The position numbers and the translations under genes were made by a program. This document shows, in pieces, positions 47,943 to 57,629 of a stretch of 64,000 nt of DNA. The stretch is from a virus (taxonomy: Duplodnaviria; Heunggongvirae; Uroviricota; Caudoviricetes), in the IMG/VR virus record IMGVR_UViG_2690315980_000001. The stretch is one strand, 5' to 3'. How positions within the stretch are numbered: position 1 is the first letter of the stretch; each line of letters starts with the position of its first letter. The notes beneath the pieces are model-generated. The model was not told the origin of the DNA, did no database searches, and saw only the letters and a program-made list of their open reading frames with translations.

Positions 47943-50792
47943 TTAGAAAGATAAAACCTCTTTAAACTTATCACCGATCCCTTTATTTTCTTCTTCCTGA
48001 ACTCTTCTTTTATATTCTTGGGTGATAACGTGAGTTATATATGGTTCAGTTTGTTCTTTTACCGCAGTGCCGAAGTAATCCCAACCTGTATTCGTAGCTT
48101 TCAAAGGCAAGCCCATTTTTTCAGCGTAAGGGACAACTAGTTTTCTGAACAACAGCTCAGGATCTCTAAGCATATTATCTGTTATTTTGAATCCCATTTG
48201 ATTTTCAATAACTGAGTAGTCCTTTTTATAGTTACAAATAGCCATCTCGTTAGCCAATGCCTGGAGCGCATCATACTCATCGTCATGTCTTTCAAATGTA
48301 CGCTTAGAGAATGCGTACAACTCAAAATCCTTCGCTATTTCCGCCTGCCTTTTAAGCATAAAATCAATAGACTTAAGCTTAAACTCTATATTTTGTTCAA
48401 GTGCTTTTATTTTTATTTTATTAACAAAACTTCCATTCTCTTTTTGAAGATTGAGTATATGGATTTTGTCCCGCTCTGTTTCTTCAGCAGCCTTATATAT
48501 CGCATCACGATTTTTATGTAGTTCAGTGACCATAACTGCAAATGATTTATATCTTGTATGAGCATTTGATAGAGCTTCAGCCCTCTTAAATACATCATCA
48601 GTAAACTTTTCCTTGTTGCCAATAACCATGTCACCATTTAATTCTTTATTGACTTTATTTAGGCTTTTAATCAAGGAGCTTACCAATTTTTTTGGACTCA
48701 TTCTTTTTGCTTGTTCTGCTAATAATATTTCACTACTTACATCCATAAAATCAGTAAAATCGTCCTTAGAAATTATGTCTTTTATGTACTTGTCAAAAAT
48801 ATCAGGGTGTTTTGCCTCTCTATACATTTGAGCTACGACTGCTAAAGTTGTAATGGCAGGAGCATCGAGTTTTTTAACAGCTTCGATTACTTTATTTTTA
48901 CCAAGCCTTGAAAAAATACCTGAAATGTTATTGTCCATCTGGTTATTAAATACTCTGTTAATTTCTATATCTTTTTCACTAAGATACTTTTTAACCATTT
49001 TCCAGGAACCAGAACTTGTCATATTGAAATACTTATCCTTACCCTCTTTCATATGTAAGTATTTCCCAACAGACACCACCAGCAATGAACCGACAGTTAA
49101 AAAAGCAGCAGGTGCAAAATAAGTGCTGCTTTGTAATGCATTAACAGCATTAGTAAAGTTCGTCATTACAGCGTCAGGGTTTCTTATATAAGTGAAAAAC
49201 TCAGTCAGAATATTACCGTAGTTAATTGGAGCACTTATGTAATCTGCGTCTTTCACTGATGTGGCAGACTGAGCTATATTAGCAACTACATTCATACCTA
49301 CAGCGATGTTTATGCTGTTTCGAATAAACATATCTTGTCTTTGATATGCTCTATCTCTTATTACTTGATCGCTATGAATTTTTCCGTCCCGATCAATTTT
49401 AACATCAGCGCTATTATCAATTTGCTTCTTAATGTGCTCACCGAAGTGTTCCCTTGTCGCTATCGATAAGTAATCAAGCATTCCATTCTCCATAGAGATG
49501 TTTTCATCTGGCAGAATCTTTTTAATCGCTCTCTCATAGAAAAACTTAGGGTCTGCATATTGAGAAGCACGAATCCTATGCTTGCTGTCGTTTGCTCCGA
49601 CAAGGTCTTTATAATTCTCTGTGGATAATGTAAGTATATCGTGCCTAACCAACCATGCTTGATGTTGCAATTGAGAATATTCCTCACCATTGTGCTTTAC
49701 TTTGTCTGTTATAGACTCAAAGTATTCCAGTTCAGAAACAATGTCATCAAGCTCAGATTTGTCTGCTTCACCTTTGAGCACTCTCCCTTGAATCTCATAA
49801 GCCATAGCCACTAGATTGGCGAAAGAATGATATACAATGTGCTTATTGTGAAGCTCTGAGAGTCTGTCGAATATTTCATTATACGCTTTAGTGTTTGAAG
49901 TGATTTTATCTTTTGTAGGATCACTCTCTAATTGCTTATTAAGAATTTCAACATACATGTCAATTACTGATCTGAATGAATACCCTCGTTCCAAGCACTC
50001 TTCTATCACTTCTGGCTTGATAGCCTGCATGATAGCTTCAAAATCCTCGTATCCCTCACCAGTAATCCTTTGTAGGGTTTCACGCATGAATTTCTGCTCT
50101 TTATTTGGGGTTCCAGTAATAGCGCCAGAAAACTCAGATACAAATCTGAGAGAGAGCAACTCGTGCGTCTCTAGATCCCTAAAAACACTCTTGATTCTCT
50201 TACCAAGTCTAGGGATTTTTCTGAGCGATATTGTTAGCCCGTTAGAGCCACCTAGAAGGTCATCAACAGATTTTTTGTATGCCTGCGCCTCGCCTTCTTG
50301 AAAGCTTCTTTGAAAATGCTCCCAAGATTTATTCTTATAGTGAACTAATGGTCTATTTTCGTCGTCAATGTGTTTTATTGACATACCAATTGCCATCGTG
50401 AGACTTGCAGCCGATGCCAAAATCCCTGCAACTGCAAGAGGATTACTTGTTAATGAGATAAAATTCCCCATTTTATAGCTTAAATAATCCATAAAAGTGG
50501 GATCTATCGGGCAATATCCGATATGTTCACCGAAGTAGATAGGATCTTCATTTTTAGTTGAGTTTGCAACGCTAACAATGCCTTTCCCCGCTTCTTGGAT
50601 TAATGATGGAATATTCCAATCTGCAAAAAATGGCTTAAGATCAGCATAGCCTGGATTAGCATTTATGTATGATTTAAGGTTAGACGCGAGTATTAGCATA
50701 CCAAATGGTAATACCTTCCAACTCCCATCAACAATTTTTTCTCTTACTGTTTTTTTCTCGTCTATAGATATGCTGTATTTGTTATTGTTCAT
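47943..50792 (-). CDS. large hypothetical protein (949 aa), co-operonic with the upstream HExxH peptidase-like gene
   Basis: 13-nt gap to the upstream gene on the same strand. N-terminal hydrophobic segments. No recognisable catalytic motifs. Confidence 0.6.
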   Translation of the reverse strand: MNNNKYSISIDEKKTVREKIVDGSWKVLPFGMLILASNLKSYINANPGYADLKPFFADWNIPSLIQEAGKGIVSVANSTKNEDPIYFGEHIGYCPIDPTFMDYLSYKMGNFISLTSNPLAVAGILASAASLTMAIGMSIKHIDDENRPLVHYKNKSWEHFQRSFQEGEAQAYKKSVDDLLGGSNGLTISLRKIPRLGKRIKSVFRDLETHELLSLRFVSEFSGAITGTPNKEQKFMRETLQRITGEGYEDFEAIMQAIKPEVIEECLERGYSFRSVIDMYVEILNKQLESDPTKDKITSNTKAYNEIFDRLSELHNKHIVYHSFANLVAMAYEIQGRVLKGEADKSELDDIVSELEYFESITDKVKHNGEEYSQLQHQAWLVRHDILTLSTENYKDLVGANDSKHRIRASQYADPKFFYERAIKKILPDENISMENGMLDYLSIATREHFGEHIKKQIDNSADVKIDRDGKIHSDQVIRDRAYQRQDMFIRNSINIAVGMNVVANIAQSATSVKDADYISAPINYGNILTEFFTYIRNPDAVMTNFTNAVNALQSSTYFAPAAFLTVGSLLVVSVGKYLHMKEGKDKYFNMTSSGSWKMVKKYLSEKDIEINRVFNNQMDNNISGIFSRLGKNKVIEAVKKLDAPAITTLAVVAQMYREAKHPDIFDKYIKDIISKDDFTDFMDVSSEILLAEQAKRMSPKKLVSSLIKSLNKVNKELNGDMVIGNKEKFTDDVFKRAEALSNAHTRYKSFAVMVTELHKNRDAIYKAAEETERDKIHILNLQKENGSFVNKIKIKALEQNIEFKLKSIDFMLKRQAEIAKDFELYAFSKRTFERHDDEYDALQALANEMAICNYKKDYSVIENQMGFKITDNMLRDPELLFRKLVVPYAEKMGLPLKATNTGWDYFGTAVKEQTEPYITHVITQEYKRRVQEEENKGIGDKFKEVLSF

Positions 50793-50804
50793 TGTTTTTC
50801 CTAA

Positions 50805-51611
50805 CTACATATTTAGCGCAAAGTCTTTTTTTACTTTCAATTTTGGCGTGTGCTCATTCATGATTGTGCTGAATCTTTTTATGGTATCTGAGTACTCATT
50901 GTACTTTTCAGGCCAATGACTAACTGCAAACACTTCCGCAAATGCTTCTGAAGACCCACTAAGAGATTCAGTAAACGAGTATTTGGTTGTCCTATACCAA
51001 TCATCAGAGAACGATTCAGGTAATCCAAACTTATTCTCATATCTATGACCAAGCTCATGAACCAGTAAATATCTCATATGACCATATAATTCATTATCAG
51101 AAAGTGATGTGTGTTTAATTAAAACCTCATCATTTTCTGAATCGTATTTAGCTAGAGAGCGAATATCTTTAGCACCAACAAAAGAAATTTTCACACTTCC
51201 TTCCATAGCTCTGGCATGGAATCCCTCTAGTGAATTTATTGTTTGAACCAAATCTTTGCACTTCGCAAGAAATGCCTTTTCAGAAAGTGGGCTTTTGTTA
51301 GAAAACTCAATATTTCTGTATTTAAAAACATTATTTTTTTCGGTTTTAATGAAGCTGTCCACTATGTTCTCTATTTCTATTTCGTCCCAATACGTAAGCA
51401 CGGCTTTGATATTACTACCATGAAGACCATATTGTTGAAACATATCAACTTCACTTTTAATACTTTTTAATTTTGACAAGTTTTCCTTTTGTCCTTTTGG
51501 GCATCTACCAGTTAAAGGAAAATGCTCTATCCACTCTTTCATTTCATGGATTCTAGACTCATTATAATCAAGAAGGCTTTTACCTTTTTCTTTTAATTCT
51601 TCTTTATTCAT
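50805..51611 (-). CDS. HExxH zinc metallopeptidase-like protein (MtfA/M90 or anthrax-lethal-factor-like motif arrangement)
   Basis: LLVHELGHRYENKFG followed by SEAFAEVFAVSHW resembles MtfA HEVAHKLD...ECFAVLSEYFF (HExxH plus a downstream Glu-containing helix). Confidence 0.5.
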   Translation of the reverse strand: MNKEELKEKGKSLLDYNESRIHEMKEWIEHFPLTGRCPKGQKENLSKLKSIKSEVDMFQQYGLHGSNIKAVLTYWDEIEIENIVDSFIKTEKNNVFKYRNIEFSNKSPLSEKAFLAKCKDLVQTINSLEGFHARAMEGSVKISFVGAKDIRSLAKYDSENDEVLIKHTSLSDNELYGHMRYLLVHELGHRYENKFGLPESFSDDWYRTTKYSFTESLSGSSEAFAEVFAVSHWPEKYNEYSDTIKRFSTIMNEHTPKLKVKKDFALNM

Positions 51612-51663
51612 TTTTTCAGCCAGACTTTTTATTTGTTAAATTATATCACACTTTTTCGGCTAG

Positions 51664-52038
51664 CTAGAAAGAGTAATTTATAGATACCATATTAGCATCG
51701 CCAATTTTATTCATGCCGATCTTGAATCCAAGCTCATCACCAATGACTGTTCCGACAGCACAACCAACCAAGTTCATAACCATGTCATTGGTATCAAATC
51801 CACCGTAATCAACTTCGTCGTACAGTTCTTTTGCCACACCTACTGCTGCGCAAGTATAAAATCCAGAATCCTTATCCTCAAAGAAAGACTGTGAAGCAAA
51901 CCCTATCGCGGCAGATACACCAAAATGCAATATTTTGTCATCATCGAGATGTTCTGAAAGAGCACTTTCAGGAATGAATAATATCAAACATAAAAGGTAT
52001 TTTGTTAATATTCTTATATATCTCTGTTTTAATTTCAT
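51664..52038 (-). CDS. small secreted Gly-rich protein
   Basis: 124 aa. Signal peptide present. Glycine-zipper-like GVSAAIGFAS / GCAVGTVIGDELG. Confidence 0.45.
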   Translation of the reverse strand: MKLKQRYIRILTKYLLCLILFIPESALSEHLDDDKILHFGVSAAIGFASQSFFEDKDSGFYTCAAVGVAKELYDEVDYGGFDTNDMVMNLVGCAVGTVIGDELGFKIGMNKIGDANMVSINYSF

Positions 52039-52051
52039 TTTTACTTTACCT

Positions 52052-52081
52052 AAAAAAGGGGGTCTCCCCCCCCACTTTTTT
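52052..52081 (-). terminator. rho-independent terminator after the RTX gene
   Basis: GGGGG-tctc-CCCCCCCC hairpin flanked by A6 and T6. Confidence 0.55.
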
Positions 52082-52088
52082 GCAAATT

Positions 52089-55000
52089 TTAATTATGAAA
52101 ATCATCAAAAATCATGGATGTGTAAATTATATTTGATTCAGATTGATTTGAAGATTCATCTTCAAAAGCAATCTCTTGTACCAGCTTTTCAAACTGACTC
52201 TCTACACTCAGATTAGACGCCATTTCTGTAATTTCACCCCAAGACAATTCCGAACCATCATTAAATTCAAATAATTCAACTTTGTAACTGGAGTTTAAAT
52301 TGTCAGTTACAAACCATTTCGGGAATGTAAGTGAGCCTTCATTTTCGGTTCCTTTTGCAATACGTATGGTTAAAGTATCACCCTCAATCTCATAGCTTAA
52401 ATCTGATTGATAGATACCCTCACCAAACACAATCTTATCTTGCTTTTTCGTTATTGATGGATTTTCGCCCGTATATTCAATAACTGATGAAAGATTGAGT
52501 GTATCGTGACCATCACCCAAGTTGTAAATAATCACATCAGAATGATAAGTGTCGTTGATAATATCGTCACCCTTACCGCCATTGTAAATGTTTCCAGTGT
52601 CTGTATTGTGATAACTTGAGCCAGATGCGCCTTTATAATCGTCTGATGTAACGGAAGAATTTCCTAAGACATCATTACCCTCACCCCCAATAAGCGAATC
52701 TTTACCATATCCGCCATCAATCACGTCATCACCCGCTCCACCATTGATATGATCTGACAAGTTATTACCTATAAGTGTGTCATTACCTTCCATTCCCTGG
52801 ATATCGTTTTCAAAACCATACTCCCCAATAATAAGGTTATCACCAGAATCACCAGTATTATTTTTAGAAACTGAAAGCTCATTAATTTCTTGCCAGCTTA
52901 ATTGTGTTCCATCATTAAATTCAAACAATTCAACTTTGTAACTGGAGTTTAAATTGTCAGTTACAAACCATTTCGGGAATGTAAGTGAGCCTTCATTTTC
53001 GGTTCCTTTTGCAATACGTATGGTTAAAGTATCACCCTCAATCTCATAGCTTAAATCTGATTGATAGATACCCTCACCAAACACAATCTTATCTTGCTTT
53101 TTCGTTATTGATGGATTTTCGCCCGTATATTCAATAACTGATGAAAGATTGAGTGTATCGTGACCATCACCCAAGTTGTAAATAATCACATCAGAATGAT
53201 AAGTGTCGTTGATAATATCGTCACCCTTACCGCCATTGTAAATGTTTCCAGTGTCTGTATTGTGATAACTTGAGCCAGATGCGCCTTTATAATCGTCTGA
53301 TGTAACGGAAGAATTTCCCAAGACATCATTACCCTCACCTCCAATAAGCGAATCTTTACCATATCCGCCATCAATCACGTCATCACCCGCTCCACCATTA
53401 ATATAATCAACATAAATTGATCCAGATAAGGTATTTTCCAATGAATTCCCTAAGATTATGTAACTTTCATCTTTTACAGTTTCTTTATTGTATTCCAATA
53501 TTGGATTTATTTCTTTTAGATATTCAAGTGATAGTGAAAAATCTTGTTTATTGTCATTAACAATAAAAACACCATATTCTTCTAGGTAACTAGCAACTAC
53601 TTCTGGGATATCACATTGAGAATAAACTTTGTTTCTTATAAAATCTATCACATCCCAGTCTTTTAATGTTTCTCTATATAAATCAAATAAATCAATAGCA
53701 ACTAGTGATGATTTAACTGGGTCGTTTAGATTTATCAACTTGCCTTCAAGATCTAGAATTGAAGAATTCCCTTCTGCAATTGTTATGATAAAATCATTAA
53801 ATTCATTTGTAGAAGAACCATATATTAATGTTTTATACACATACTGTTTCAGGTCATCATAAAATTTTTCAATAGAGGAAAAATTTACACTTGATATTTG
53901 ATTTGGGGAACTATTTAGCAGAAACTTTCCTGAGAAAATTTCAGAAATTGCAATTTTGTCATATACCGTTATTGAATTGTTGTTTATGATCCCAAATGCT
54001 TCGGGTGAAGATTGAAAGTTTCGATCAAAATAATCATCGAAAGTGGAAGTGGAAGCCCATGAAAATAATAATCTATCCATTATTTCATTTCTATCAGATT
54101 TTGAATCTGAATTAATAAATTCTAAGACTATATTTTTAAGCTCATCGCTTATCATCATGCTCTCTTGTAAGCTTCTAACTATACCCATTCTATTAGTTTT
54201 AGGAAGCGCATTTACTTCTTCATTTATTTCTATTTCATTTGAAAATTTTCCATTCGTACTATCATTTATAAAATTTAAGTTAGCTATTTCATGACTTTGA
54301 CCGAAAATATCATTATAGCTGCCTTTAAATCCAAAAGTATTACCATTTCCAGCATTCATACCACTCGATTCGGAATCAAGGGGTATTGATGAGATATTTA
54401 GAGTGTCCAACGAGAAATTTTCGTATGACTGGTTTATTCCATCGCTATTCATATCAACCCAAACATTTAAATCAGCCCACTTCTCATCACTACTATTAAT
54501 AACACCATCATTATTAGAGTCATAAAATGAAAGACTATGGAATCCATGCTCTGCAAAAATAGGGTTTGATTCCTGATCAATTCCAATAATGGAGTTATCA
54601 CCAAATAACTCACTTCCAGTACTAATTATGCCATCACCATTTAAATCAATTGAAAGTATTCCATCCTTTGGATTTACCCATCCTGTATTTTCTTTGAAGC
54701 CATCACCATCATGGTCAAAAAAAACCTGATTTTCGAGGCCAATTGTGGAAATCCCATCACCATTTAGGTCAAGAATTAAAGGATCCTTTCTTATCCTATT
54801 TTGCAATTCCTGTAAATCATTTATCAAATCATCAAATGGGAACTCAATATTATTGTGATTTTTTTCAATTGGATCATCTAAAATACCTCTTCCTGCATTA
54901 ACAATCATATCCGCATAAAAATCGTAGATTTTTTTAGCATCAGATGTTATTGATTGAAGTATCTCATTTGATGTGTCTTTATCAGACAAATACAAAAAAG

Positions 55001-57044
55001 CATTGAAAAAAGATTTTGACTCTATTATCTCTAATATTTTAGGATCACTAGTTCCATTTATTAAGTCATAAATATTTTTCTTTAATAATTCAATTTTTCC
55101 AGATTGCATACTTAGGTTTTTAATACTTAGATTAGAAACTTCCGATTCTGTTAACTCACCTTGCATCCATCGCCTTATAACGGAGTCATACTCTTCATTA
55201 ATCATATCTATTTTTTGATTTATTAACTTGTACTCTTCACGCTCATCAGCGCTTATCGCGGCATTAATATCAATTTTCCAGCCTTCAACCACTTGATCCA
55301 TATTGGCTCTGTAGTTTTCTGACTCGTTTTTAAAAACTTCATACATTTCATTCTTACTCGGGAAATCAAAATCTTCAAGATACATGAGAATTACAGATTT
55401 TGCGTTTGAAACATATGTATTATATGAGGATTCTATATCTTCTCTTACTTTAGATCTTACAATTGACGGATTTTCCTTAAGATCTAGTTCTCCATTAAGG
55501 ATTTCTCTAATATCTAACCAATAATTATCCGAGAAGTTATTAAAATATGGCTCTACCGCATATCTATTTATATCATTAAAAATGTGTTCAAACTCACCTT
55601 CAAATTCACTCATTAGGAAGAAAGAGAAGTCATCAGAAGCTTTTATGTTAACAATATTTTCTGACTTAAATATATATTCAGCTTCGAGGAGAAGAGCATC
55701 TCTAAGGAGAGAGTTGAATAGCAAGTCTTCACTTCCTTTTAACTCATCAACAAAGCTATTGTATTTATTATCTATAAAAATTGATAAGTCAAACTCAAAC
55801 TGAGATATGTCTGTTTCATATTGAGCATAACTGTAATCTTGGTTTTTTTCTGATACAAAATTATATCTATCAAAATAATCATTTAATACTGGCTCAAAAT
55901 TTTTAAATTTCTCAGATTTTAATTTTGCTAGCGAATACATTGATGAGTTATTCTTTGATAAAACCTCATTATAATCAAAGTTTTTTTCAATATATCTCGA
56001 TATGTCTGAATTATCCCATGTTTGAATATGTTTTTCATTAACTAATTCATCAATCCTAATCGTACCAATTTCATTACCAATATACTTATAAATATCAATA
56101 ATATCATTTGGTGCCGTATTGAAATCGATAAGACTGATATCTTTCGAATTCTTAATGGACAACTCATCCAATTTTGATAAGATTACATTTGCAAACCCGA
56201 TATCGACATTATTCAGCCCTATATCAGATAAAACATTTCTAAGACTATTTATAGATTGAATAATATTTATTGATGTATTTGAAGCATCTTTTAACTCAAC
56301 TTGGCTTTCCAACAAACTTTCCCTATCAATATTGATAAGTTCTAAGATTTCATTATCAATATCCCCCACATCAATATTATACTTATTTAATAAATTTAAA
56401 GCATTTCTTCTAAAGCTCAAATTCGTCTCTAATGACTGCTCAATATTATTTAATGATTCTAATTCAAGCACATTAATTCTTTCAGCTTTTTCAATTACAG
56501 TTTCATTGAAGAAATCTATGTCCATTACTTCAGTAACAACAGCAGCTACCCCAATAACAGAGACAATTGCAGCTCCAACTGTGGCGATTGAGCCAAACGT
56601 TACACCTCCCAGTACAACAGTGGCTGAGACTCCAGGGTATGCTAATGAATAACTGGACAAAGCAGTTACTACAGATGCTCCAGCAATCAAAAAGTCCCTT
56701 ATATTATCTGGATTTAAATTCTCCACACTGCCTGTTCTATCAATATCAGATAATATGGATGAAGCCTTATCCTTTAATAAGGATATGTTTGATAGTAACG
56801 CCAATCCATTTGCTGCATTATTAACTGACTCTGGAAATTTAAAGTATAAATCAGAGACGCTGACCAAATCAGAAACAAAAGCACCTAAAGTTGATGGGTC
56901 TTTTAAGTTTGCGTAGGTGTTAGAAAAGTAATCCTCTAACTCCATACTAACTAATTGATTTCTATATTTACTGAAATCAATTGCACTTCCATCCTTGATT
57001 AATTCTAACATTGAATCTGCAAAATCTGTGTATTTATTGTACAT
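52089..57044 (-). CDS. large RTX-family calcium-binding repeat protein (type I secretion substrate)
   Basis: 1651 aa. C-terminal GGAGDDVIDGGYGKDSLIGGEGNDVL nonapeptide RTX repeats. Central DLNGDGIIS / DSNNDGVIN calcium-binding repeats. N-terminal hydrophobic stretch. No N-terminal signal peptide. Directly downstream of hlyB/hlyD homologs. Confidence 0.8.
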   Translation of the reverse strand: MYNKYTDFADSMLELIKDGSAIDFSKYRNQLVSMELEDYFSNTYANLKDPSTLGAFVSDLVSVSDLYFKFPESVNNAANGLALLSNISLLKDKASSILSDIDRTGSVENLNPDNIRDFLIAGASVVTALSSYSLAYPGVSATVVLGGVTFGSIATVGAAIVSVIGVAAVVTEVMDIDFFNETVIEKAERINVLELESLNNIEQSLETNLSFRRNALNLLNKYNIDVGDIDNEILELINIDRESLLESQVELKDASNTSINIIQSINSLRNVLSDIGLNNVDIGFANVILSKLDELSIKNSKDISLIDFNTAPNDIIDIYKYIGNEIGTIRIDELVNEKHIQTWDNSDISRYIEKNFDYNEVLSKNNSSMYSLAKLKSEKFKNFEPVLNDYFDRYNFVSEKNQDYSYAQYETDISQFEFDLSIFIDNKYNSFVDELKGSEDLLFNSLLRDALLLEAEYIFKSENIVNIKASDDFSFFLMSEFEGEFEHIFNDINRYAVEPYFNNFSDNYWLDIREILNGELDLKENPSIVRSKVREDIESSYNTYVSNAKSVILMYLEDFDFPSKNEMYEVFKNESENYRANMDQVVEGWKIDINAAISADEREEYKLINQKIDMINEEYDSVIRRWMQGELTESEVSNLSIKNLSMQSGKIELLKKNIYDLINGTSDPKILEIIESKSFFNAFLYLSDKDTSNEILQSITSDAKKIYDFYADMIVNAGRGILDDPIEKNHNNIEFPFDDLINDLQELQNRIRKDPLILDLNGDGISTIGLENQVFFDHDGDGFKENTGWVNPKDGILSIDLNGDGIISTGSELFGDNSIIGIDQESNPIFAEHGFHSLSFYDSNNDGVINSSDEKWADLNVWVDMNSDGINQSYENFSLDTLNISSIPLDSESSGMNAGNGNTFGFKGSYNDIFGQSHEIANLNFINDSTNGKFSNEIEINEEVNALPKTNRMGIVRSLQESMMISDELKNIVLEFINSDSKSDRNEIMDRLLFSWASTSTFDDYFDRNFQSSPEAFGIINNNSITVYDKIAISEIFSGKFLLNSSPNQISSVNFSSIEKFYDDLKQYVYKTLIYGSSTNEFNDFIITIAEGNSSILDLEGKLINLNDPVKSSLVAIDLFDLYRETLKDWDVIDFIRNKVYSQCDIPEVVASYLEEYGVFIVNDNKQDFSLSLEYLKEINPILEYNKETVKDESYIILGNSLENTLSGSIYVDYINGGAGDDVIDGGYGKDSLIGGEGNDVLGNSSVTSDDYKGASGSSYHNTDTGNIYNGGKGDDIINDTYHSDVIIYNLGDGHDTLNLSSVIEYTGENPSITKKQDKIVFGEGIYQSDLSYEIEGDTLTIRIAKGTENEGSLTFPKWFVTDNLNSSYKVELFEFNDGTQLSWQEINELSVSKNNTGDSGDNLIIGEYGFENDIQGMEGNDTLIGNNLSDHINGGAGDDVIDGGYGKDSLIGGEGNDVLGNSSVTSDDYKGASGSSYHNTDTGNIYNGGKGDDIINDTYHSDVIIYNLGDGHDTLNLSSVIEYTGENPSITKKQDKIVFGEGIYQSDLSYEIEGDTLTIRIAKGTENEGSLTFPKWFVTDNLNSSYKVELFEFNDGSELSWGEITEMASNLSVESQFEKLVQEIAFEDESSNQSESNIIYTSMIFDDFHN
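52255..53404. repeat. near-identical 654-bp tandem duplication inside the RTX gene (two copies, about 495 bp near-identical core each)
   Basis: Copy 1 is about 52255-52750 and copy 2 about 52909-53404, differing at only a handful of positions. It encodes a duplicated 218-aa RTX-repeat block. Confidence 0.85.
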
Positions 57045-57062
57045 TTTACCACCTATTGTGTT

Positions 57063-57623
57063 TTATTTATTCCAGCTATTTAAGCATATGTTATTTTTAC
57101 ATATATATTTAAATTCATAAAAGCCAAGTCTTGACTGCCTCAACTCAACATTAAATTTATTGTTTTTTTCACCACAGAATACATCTATATGATGTTTTGT
57201 GCTTAATCGAATATCTTCATTATATATATTACAATACCTTACCTTCCCCTTATAATCAGTGTTATGACCAAATTTAACATTATTCTCTATACTAATAAGT
57301 TTTTCACCTTTAATATCTCCTGCATAAGTCCATAAAATCAATAATGGAATAACTGCTATGCAAAACTTATTTCCTGTATTTCCTTTATGTTTCCCGTCAT
57401 CTTTTGAACTTACAGTATAAAATATACACATATATATTAGAATCAATTTCCAAAAATTATCAACCATAAACAAAATAAGATCAGATGCAAAAATTATTGA
57501 TATTAAAGATAGAATAACAGGTGTGGTAAATAACACTATCGTAACAATTCCAACCTCACTATTCTTCAATTCCCTTAAGTAATTTAAGAATATATCATAA
57601 ATGCAGAGTATATTTAATTTCAT
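57063..57623 (-). CDS. hypothetical polytopic membrane protein within the T1SS operon
   Basis: 186 aa with 3-4 hydrophobic helices. 6-nt gap after hlyD and 18-nt gap before the RTX gene. Confidence 0.45.
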   Translation of the reverse strand: MKLNILCIYDIFLNYLRELKNSEVGIVTIVLFTTPVILSLISIIFASDLILFMVDNFWKLILIYMCIFYTVSSKDDGKHKGNTGNKFCIAVIPLLILWTYAGDIKGEKLISIENNVKFGHNTDYKGKVRYCNIYNEDIRLSTKHHIDVFCGEKNNKFNVELRQSRLGFYEFKYICKNNICLNSWNK

Positions 57624-57629
57624 TTTGTA

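Noticed and set aside
57063-57623. HlyC-type toxin-activating acyltransferase between hlyD and the RTX gene
   Set aside because: The ORF is a polytopic membrane protein with no resemblance to the soluble ~170-aa HlyC acyltransferases. No acyltransferase was found in the operon.
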